From Candidatus Woesearchaeota archaeon (GTDB lineage Archaea; Nanobdellota; Nanobdellia; Pacearchaeales; GW2011-AR1), in assembly GCA_964615065.1 (NCBI GenBank), contig CAZTPM010000001.1, forward strand, positions 1-41,068: 41,068 bases of DNA, in the 5' to 3' direction. Positions 10,703-16,725 of this stretch are shown here, one piece after another. Made by a program: the position numbers and the translations under genes. The notes below the pieces were generated by a model, which was not told where the DNA came from, did no database searches, and saw only the letters and a program-made list of their open reading frames with translations. Each line of letters opens with the position of its first letter. Within the stretch, counting starts at the first letter, position 1.

Positions 10703-11160
10703 AACAATTTGATTATTATATCTTTATTGACTATTCTGTAAATGTTATTGGATATATAATCCTTGAAAATAAAAAACTCTTTGAATTAATTCCTTTGATT
10801 TCTAAATTTGCACATTATAAGAATTTGAAGCACAAGAATACTTATATTCATTCTATTAAAAAAATAATTGAGAAGAATAATGTCTTAAGTTTTTTTGAAG
10901 GGTATAAAATCAGAGAAATGAGGCAGAACATAGAAATTTATATGAATGTTTTTGATTTTATCAAGAAGCATGATAATTGTATAATTTTTGTTTCAATAGA
11001 TGACAATGAATATTCTAACTTTAGGAAATTTGTCAATATTGTCGATGGAAGTAAAACAGTTATTAAAATAGAGAGTAAATTAATTAAGAATACTCCTGAA
11101 TACAGAGCAAGTCTTGTTTTGGATACTTTACTAAATATTGAGAGATTAAAAAATGGTTGA
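10699..11160 (+). CDS. Small (153 aa) hypothetical protein with nuclease-like acidic pattern (PIN-like or RNase H/YqgF-like); candidate toxin partner of the upstream RHH protein
   Basis: ATGA overlap with the upstream gene. N-terminal YYIFIDYS (D11) strand, IIFVSIDDNE (D101/D102), NIVDGS (D116) and LVLDTLL (D142). Fold assignment is by eye only. Confidence 0.35.
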   Translation: MKQFDYYIFIDYSVNVIGYIILENKKLFELIPLISKFAHYKNLKHKNTYIHSIKKIIEKNNVLSFFEGYKIREMRQNIEIYMNVFDFIKKHDNCIIFVSIDDNEYSNFRKFVNIVDGSKTVIKIESKLIKNTPEYRASLVLDTLLNIERLKNG

Positions 11161-11173
11161 AATAAAAATAAAA

Positions 11174-11258
11174 TGTAGGGTAAGGGCGTCCGTCAATCCT
11201 ACTCCCCATACCAACGCAAAGCGTATATGGCTTTCGTCAGGTCGCTTTCCCCTGCATG
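11174..11258. ncRNA. Isolated GC-rich (about 54% by hand count) structured intergenic element; candidate small RNA or recombination/regulatory site
   Basis: Imperfect 15-nt closing inverted repeat TGTAGGGTAAGGGCG / CGCTTTCCCCTGCA. It encloses the hairpin CCATA-CCA-ACGC-AAA-GCGT-A-TATGG. No ORF. Composition differs sharply from the flanks. Confidence 0.3.
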
Positions 11259-11319
11259 ATTATTTAAATTGTTTAAATTATTTAAATGTTTTGGTTGTTG
11301 GGAAAGTGGAGGTTGGGAG

Positions 11320-12015
11320 ATGAGTGAAGAGGAATTATTAAGCCAATTAGAAAGAGTAAAAGAACTTAATTCAGATTTAAAGAAAGAACTTCAAAATAAT
11401 CTTGCTTCTTACGATGTAACTTTAAAAACTAGAAATTTAACAGAAGAAATTTTTGTTAAACTTAGAATTTGTTTAGATAAATTAATTTTTTATTATCTTA
11501 ATAAAAATCATTATCTTGTTGATTTATCTAAAGTTTCTTTTCCAATTTCTAAAACACAAAATGATTTTAATAGTGTTATAACTAATTATGGATTAAAAAA
11601 TATAAATCAAATTCATCCTCAATTTTTTAGTTTATTGTTTGATTCTCAACCATTTTCATCAAAAGAAAAAGAAATCTTAACTATCTTGCATGAAAAAGGG
11701 TCTAAGGAAAAACATCAATTTTTGATTAAAGAAAAAAAAGAAACAAACCATATCCGAACAACTTTTAAAAGCCAAAATGGAGAAATTAGTTGGAGCAAAC
11801 AAGGAGTTTTTTTTGGAGAAGGAGTTTCTATGAATGGGGTTCCAATTAATCCAGCTACACAAGAACCAGCGTTTATACCCCCGACACATAAATTAATTAG
11901 GCATTATGAAATATCTATAAAACTTGTAGATAAAAATATAGAAATAACTTTTTTATGTGATTCCTTAATTAAATTAGTTAAGGAGATAGTTACAAAAACA
12001 TTTAAATTAAAATGA
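11320..12015 (+). CDS. Hypothetical 231-aa protein translationally coupled to hsdS
   Basis: GGAGG at 11308-11312, 7 nt before ATG 11320 (the track start at TTG 11269 is less likely). ATGA overlap with hsdS at 12012. Coiled-coil N-terminus. I recognise no motif. Confidence 0.5.
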   Translation: MSEEELLSQLERVKELNSDLKKELQNNLASYDVTLKTRNLTEEIFVKLRICLDKLIFYYLNKNHYLVDLSKVSFPISKTQNDFNSVITNYGLKNINQIHPQFFSLLFDSQPFSSKEKEILTILHEKGSKEKHQFLIKEKKETNHIRTTFKSQNGEISWSKQGVFFGEGVSMNGVPINPATQEPAFIPPTHKLIRHYEISIKLVDKNIEITFLCDSLIKLVKEIVTKTFKLK

Positions 12016-13148
12016 AAATTAAACAATTACCTCAAGGATGGAAAGAAGTTGAACTTGGAGAACTTTTGAATTACGAGCAACCAACAAAATACATTGTTGA
12101 AGATACAAATTATAATGATAATTATAACACGCCAGTTTTGACAGCAGGCAAATCATTTATTTTAGGGCACACAGATGAAACAGATGGAATTTATAATAAA
12201 TTACCCGTAATAATTTTTGATGATTTTACTACAGATAATAAATTTGTGAATTTTAAATTTAAAGTAAAGTCTAGTGCCATGAAATTATTAACTCCAAAAA
12301 ATAAAGAAATTGATTTAAAATTTATCTTCTTATTAATGCAGACAATTAAAGTTAATTCAATAACCCATAAAAGATATTATCTATCTAAATACAGAAACAT
12401 CAAAATCCCCCTCCCCCCACCCCCCACTCAAAAACAAATAGTTTCAATTTTAGAAAAAGCCGAAAAACTAAAACAAAAAAGAGAACAAGCCGATAAATTA
12501 ATGGAGGATTATTTGAAAAGTGTTTTTAATGAAATGTTTTTGAAAAGAAAAGGAGAGTTTAAAATAAAAAAATTAGTAGATATAACTAAAAAGATAACTG
12601 ATGGAAAGCATGGAGATTGCGAGAATGAAGAAAATTCAGGATATTATTTTATTAGTGCAAAAGATATTTTTAAGGGGGAAGTTCATTATGAAAATTCTAG
12701 ACAAATAAAAAAAGAAGGATATTTAGAAGTCAATAAAAGAGTAAATCTTGAAATAAAAGATGTTTTGATTACAAATAGTGGAACAATTGGAAAAACGGCA
12801 ATAATGAATAATAGAGAGAATGTGGATAAAACAACATTTCAAAAAAGTGTCGCTATAATAAAACCAAATAAAAAATTAATACAATCTATTTATTTAAAAA
12901 ATTTTTTAGATACAATCATAATTAATTTAATGAGCACTTCTTCAGGATCTTCTCAAAAAAATCTTTTATTAAAAGATATAAGAAATATCAAAATCCCCCT
13001 CCCGCCTCTTGCTCTTCAAAAAAAATTTGCTTCTATTGTTGAGCGGGTTGAAAAATTAAAAGAAAAACAAAAACAATCTAAAGAAGAAATAAGTCAGATG
13101 TTTGATGTGCTGATGCAGAAGGCGTTTAAGGGGGCGTTGATGAAATGA
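12012..13148 (+). CDS. hsdS: Type I R-M specificity subunit
   Basis: Two target-recognition halves, each followed by a conserved helix: IKIPLPPPPTQKQIVSILEKAEKLKQKREQ and IKIPLPPLALQKKFASIVERVEKLKEKQKQ. Confidence 0.85.
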   Translation: MKIKQLPQGWKEVELGELLNYEQPTKYIVEDTNYNDNYNTPVLTAGKSFILGHTDETDGIYNKLPVIIFDDFTTDNKFVNFKFKVKSSAMKLLTPKNKEIDLKFIFLLMQTIKVNSITHKRYYLSKYRNIKIPLPPPPTQKQIVSILEKAEKLKQKREQADKLMEDYLKSVFNEMFLKRKGEFKIKKLVDITKKITDGKHGDCENEENSGYYFISAKDIFKGEVHYENSRQIKKEGYLEVNKRVNLEIKDVLITNSGTIGKTAIMNNRENVDKTTFQKSVAIIKPNKKLIQSIYLKNFLDTIIINLMSTSSGSSQKNLLLKDIRNIKIPLPPLALQKKFASIVERVEKLKEKQKQSKEEISQMFDVLMQKAFKGALMK

Positions 13149-13570
13149 AGTTTAATAAAAACGACTTTATGTGGATATTTATAGTATTGGCGATTATAAT
13201 TCTTGTAGGACAAATAATTTCTTTAGTATTTTTATTTAAGATTCCTTCTAAAATTGAAAGCAATGTTGATAAAATAGAACAATCAGCTAGTAAATTAGAT
13301 TCTAAACTGAATACCTTAGACAACCTAAACAATAAGATCTCAAATATAGAAACTAAAATAATTGAATTATCAACTAAATACCCCCCTAACCAAACAATTA
13401 ATATTAATAATATGAATCAGCAAGAATTAAATCGCGCAATCAATAATGCAATTGATTTAAAGTTTAATAATATTTCTGAGAAGATTCAAATTAATTTTAT
13501 TTTAAATATAATTTTTGGGTCATTATTATCAATTGGTTTTATAATCTATTTATGGGGGAGGAAGAGATGA
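13145..13570 (+). CDS. Small bitopic membrane protein with central coiled coil, unknown function
   Basis: ATGA overlap with hsdS. N-terminal TM WIFIVLAIIILVGQIISLVFLF, heptad-like KIESNVDKIEQSASKLDSKLNTLDNLNNKISNIETKIIEL, and C-terminal TM ILNIIFGSLLSIGFIIYLW. Confidence 0.5.
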   Translation: MKFNKNDFMWIFIVLAIIILVGQIISLVFLFKIPSKIESNVDKIEQSASKLDSKLNTLDNLNNKISNIETKIIELSTKYPPNQTININNMNQQELNRAINNAIDLKFNNISEKIQINFILNIIFGSLLSIGFIIYLWGRKR

Positions 13571-14010
13571 ACAATAGAGGCCAAATCCCTTATATGAAAG
13601 AGATTTTTGCCATCATAGTTTTACTAGCCTTAATCCCTGTATTCACATCTTTATTTAATCAAAACAGTCCTACTTGTGATTGTTCATCATATCAAAATCA
13701 ATTAAATAATTGTAATCAAGAACTCGCAAATCCAAAAGTAATTTATATTAATAATACTATTGAAGTTCCTGTTATTCAAACTATTGAAAAGGAAGTCTAT
13801 AAAGATACTGAAATTGAAAAAGTGATCCTCTCTCTTTCGTTAATAATTTCTTTGTCATTAACAATACTCTCTTTTAAAATAAAATTGCCTAGAAGATTAG
13901 AAGAAAGATTAGATAAATTAGAAGATACAATCACTTTAATTAAATATGGCTCTTTAATTTTATCAATACTAATCTTTATTAAATTGGCGATCATCTTTAA
14001 TTTAACATAA
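13567..14010 (+). CDS. Small polytopic membrane protein with CDC..C motif, unknown function
   Basis: GGAGG at 13556-13560 before ATG 13567, which forms an ATGA overlap with the upstream stop (the track start at 13552 is also possible). About three hydrophobic segments. Stop TAA at 14008-14010 lies 1 nt before the hsdM ATG at 14012. Confidence 0.45.
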   Translation: MNNRGQIPYMKEIFAIIVLLALIPVFTSLFNQNSPTCDCSSYQNQLNNCNQELANPKVIYINNTIEVPVIQTIEKEVYKDTEIEKVILSLSLIISLSLTILSFKIKLPRRLEERLDKLEDTITLIKYGSLILSILIFIKLAIIFNLT

Positions 14011-14011
14011 A

Positions 14012-15493
14012 ATGCTACACACAGAACTCAAATCACAAATAAACAAACTATGGGATAAGTTTTGGTCTGGTGGAATCTCTAATCCTCTTCAGGCAATTGA
14101 ACAAATATCTTTCTTGATTTTCATGAAAAGATTTGAAGATATGGATGTTCGAAGAGAACAAGAGGCAAGTTTAACAGAAGAAGAATTTATATCCATGTTT
14201 AAAAAACATGAAAATTGTCGTTGGAGTGTTTGGAGTGAATATAGTGCCGATAAGATTTTAGACCATGCAAGAGATGTTGTATTCCCTTTTATGAGAAATT
14301 TAGGGGATGGAGATTCTTTTTCAAAATATATGAATAGTGCTAATTTTGAAATTCCCACAGCATCATTACTTATAGAGGGTGTTAAGATAATTAACGATAT
14401 GCACATTAAAGAACAAAACCAAGATGCTCAGGGAGATATGTATGAATATTTATTAAGTGAATTGCAAACAGCTGGAAAAAATGGGCAATTCAGAACACCA
14501 AGACATATAATTAAAATGATGGTTGAATTAACTAAACCACAATACGGGGATTTAATTTTAGATCCTGCCTGCGGAACAGCAGGTTTTTTAATAAATGCTT
14601 ATGAATATATCTTAAAACAAAATACTTCTAAAGACCTAATAAAAAAAGATGAAGAAGGAAATGAATATAATTTCAAGGCAGATAAATTAAACTCTAAGCA
14701 GAAACAAATTCTTGATGAAGAAAGCTTATATGGTTTTGATATTGACCAAACCATGACAAGAATAGCTTTGATGAATTTAATGATGCATGGAATAAGCAAA
14801 CCAAATTTAGAACAATTAAATACTCTTTCAAAAAGATATAATCAAGATAATACTTATGATTTAATCTTAGCAAATCCCCCTTTCAAAGGTTCTATTGATG
14901 AATCAGAAAGCAGTGATAATCTTACAATAAAAAGCAAAAAAACAGAATTATTATTTTTAGAATTAATGTATAATTCCTTAACAAATGGGGGAAGATGTGC
15001 AGTTATTGTTCCAGATGGGGTTTTGTTTGGTAATTCAAAAGCCCATAAATTAATTAGGAAATTACTTTTAGAAGATTGTAGATTAGATGCTATAATAAAA
15101 ATGCCTTCTGGAGTTTTCAAACCTTATGCTGGAGTTTCTACAGCTGTTTTATTTTTCACAAAAGGAGAGCCAACAAAAAAAGTTTGGTTTTATGATATGC
15201 AAAATGATGGTTTTAGTTTGGATGATAAAAGAACAAAAATAGAAGGAAGTAATCTCCCAGACATAATTGAAAGATTCAAAAAAAGAAAGGAAGAATCTAA
15301 TGAAGATAGAAAAAAGAAACACTTCTTTGTGCCAATTGAAGAAATAAAAGAAAATGATTATGACCTAAGCATTTCTAAATACAAGGAAATAGAATATGAA
15401 GAAAAAGTATATGAAAAACCAGAGATTATAAAAAAGAAAACTCTAAAAATTGAGGAAGAGATTGTTAAGGGATTGAAAGAGTTGAAGTTGTAA
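14012..15493 (+). CDS. hsdM: Type I R-M N6-adenine DNA methyltransferase subunit
   Basis: HsdM_N-like LWDKFWSGGISNPLQAIEQISFLIFMKR. SAM motif I DPACGTAGFL. Motif IV LANPPFKGS. Confidence 0.9.
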   Translation: MLHTELKSQINKLWDKFWSGGISNPLQAIEQISFLIFMKRFEDMDVRREQEASLTEEEFISMFKKHENCRWSVWSEYSADKILDHARDVVFPFMRNLGDGDSFSKYMNSANFEIPTASLLIEGVKIINDMHIKEQNQDAQGDMYEYLLSELQTAGKNGQFRTPRHIIKMMVELTKPQYGDLILDPACGTAGFLINAYEYILKQNTSKDLIKKDEEGNEYNFKADKLNSKQKQILDEESLYGFDIDQTMTRIALMNLMMHGISKPNLEQLNTLSKRYNQDNTYDLILANPPFKGSIDESESSDNLTIKSKKTELLFLELMYNSLTNGGRCAVIVPDGVLFGNSKAHKLIRKLLLEDCRLDAIIKMPSGVFKPYAGVSTAVLFFTKGEPTKKVWFYDMQNDGFSLDDKRTKIEGSNLPDIIERFKKRKEESNEDRKKKHFFVPIEEIKENDYDLSISKYKEIEYEEKVYEKPEIIKKKTLKIEEEIVKGLKELKL

Positions 15494-15536
15494 ACCAAAA
15501 ACATTTGCAAACACTTGTTATAATATTATTACATTG

Positions 15537-15557
15537 AATTCTCCAAACATTTATTAA
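15537..15557 (+). repeat. 21-nt perfect direct repeat AATTCTCCAAACATTTATTAA, copy 1 (TATA-like core)
   Basis: Identical 21-mer at 16667-16687. The flanks are also similar over about 35 nt. Lies 48 nt upstream of ATG 15605. Confidence 0.7.
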
Positions 15558-15571
15558 ACCCTTTCCAACAA

Positions 15572-15603
15572 AACATTTATAAATGTTATAACAATGTTAT
15601 AAC
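15572..15603 (+). promoter_or_regulatory. Candidate operator: 16-nt perfect palindrome AACATTTATAAATGTT overlapping tandem ATGTTATAAC x2, directly before the AbrB-domain gene
   Basis: Palindrome at 15572-15587. ATGTTATAAC at 15583-15592 and 15594-15603. A related TTGTTATAAT at about 15515. Confidence 0.4.
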
Positions 15604-15604
15604 T

Positions 15605-16369
15605 ATGGAACAAGAATTAATTAAACCGATTGTTAAGGTGGGGAATAGTGCAGGAGTAGTTTTGCCTAAGGAGTGGCTTGGTGGGAAAGCAAAAATAAAA
15701 CTTGTTAAAAAACCAATTAATATAAAGAAAGATGTTTTAGAGATTCTTGCAGCGTATTTATATGATGTTCAGGGAATTTATTTAGTTGGCAGTTATGCTC
15801 GTGAAGAACAAACAGATAAAAGTGATGTTGATGTTTTAGTTATAACTAATAAAACAAATAAAAAAATTGAACAAGGAAAGTATAATCTTATTTTGATTTC
15901 TAAAGAACAAGTTGAAAATTCTTTAAGAAATAATGTTTTGCCCCTTCTTCCTATGTTAAAAGAGGCAAAGGTTGTTTTAAATGCTGAATTAATTGTGGGA
16001 TATAAAAAAACTGGTTTGACAAAAAGAAATTTAAAATTTCATATAGAAACAACAAAGTCTGCTATGAGGGTGGATAAAGAATCCATTGAAATTAAAGAGG
16101 AAGAGAATGAAAGCATTTCAGATAATATTATGTATTCTTTGGTTTTAAGATTACGTGAATTATATATTGTAGATTGCTTAATAAAAAATAAAAAATTAAC
16201 TACAAAAGGATTTTTGGAATTAGTTAAAACAATTGTTGGTTCTATTGAACCTTATAATTCTTATCTTCGCTCAAAAAATAAAAACAAGGTCAAGAAAGTT
16301 GTGTCTGTTAATGAAGCAAGAAAAATTTATGATTATATAATTAAGAATATAGATAAGCAAATAAAATGA
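15605..16369 (+). CDS. Fusion protein: SpoVT/AbrB-like DNA-binding domain plus minimal nucleotidyltransferase (MNT) domain plus helical C-terminus with an RNxxxH (HEPN-like) motif
   Basis: AbrB-type VKVGNSAGVVLPKEW. MNT signature GSYAREEQTDKSDVDVLVI (GS-x10-DxD). RNLKFH at residues 141-146 (nt 16025-16042). Confidence 0.6.
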   Translation: MEQELIKPIVKVGNSAGVVLPKEWLGGKAKIKLVKKPINIKKDVLEILAAYLYDVQGIYLVGSYAREEQTDKSDVDVLVITNKTNKKIEQGKYNLILISKEQVENSLRNNVLPLLPMLKEAKVVLNAELIVGYKKTGLTKRNLKFHIETTKSAMRVDKESIEIKEEENESISDNIMYSLVLRLRELYIVDCLIKNKKLTTKGFLELVKTIVGSIEPYNSYLRSKNKNKVKKVVSVNEARKIYDYIIKNIDKQIK

Positions 16370-16542
16370 AGGAAAATAAACGACTAAAGAAGATTGAAAG
16401 TTTAAATGAACAAAAAGAGAAGCACAAAGATAAAATAAAAAGTTATGCTGGAAAAGATTATGCTTTGCTTGAGTACTGGAAAAAAGAAATTGAGAGATTT
16501 GAAGATGAGACTGAAGAAGAAAAAGACAAGTTGAAAAAGTAA
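16366..16542 (+). CDS. Small (58 aa) charged coiled-coil protein; not in the ORF track (below its length cutoff)
   Basis: ATGA overlap with the upstream stop. Hand translation: MKENKRLKKIESLNEQKEKHKDKIKSYAGKDYALLEYWKKEIERFEDETEEEKDKLKK. Confidence 0.35.
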   Translation: MKENKRLKKIESLNEQKEKHKDKIKSYAGKDYALLEYWKKEIERFEDETEEEKDKLKK

Positions 16543-16666
16543 TTTTAAGGATTTGATAAAATCTTTTTTCCTGAATATTTTAATTTTTAGAAATCCTCTT
16601 TTATGCTCTCATTGGGTTAGGAATTTGTCTGAATTTTACTTGAATATCTAATTAATATAACACTTA

Positions 16667-16687
16667 AATTCTCCAAACATTTATTAA
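16667..16687 (+). repeat. 21-nt perfect direct repeat AATTCTCCAAACATTTATTAA, copy 2
   Basis: Identical to 15537-15557. Lies 39 nt upstream of ATG 16726, which has GAGGAG at about 16714. Confidence 0.7.
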
Positions 16688-16725
16688 TTCTTTTTAATTA
16701 GATTGTTAATAAAAGAGGAGAGATT

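Noticed and set aside
11174-11258. GC-rich element as a tRNA fragment/att site or C/D-box sRNA
   Set aside because: GTCAATCC only loosely resembles a T-loop and no acceptor or T-stem pairing fits. No RUGAUGA/CUGA box pair is present on either strand. It is kept as an unclassified structured element.
8684-15120. Minus-strand short ORFs inside hsdR, hsdS, hsdM and neighbours (8684..8920, 8973..9164, 9562..9765, 9806..10162, 11677..11889, 13126..13332, 13797..13994, 14089..14406, 14599..14799, 14854..15120), plus the plus-strand 8938..9135
   Set aside because: All overlap stronger, motif-bearing or translationally coupled plus-strand genes and have low-complexity translations.
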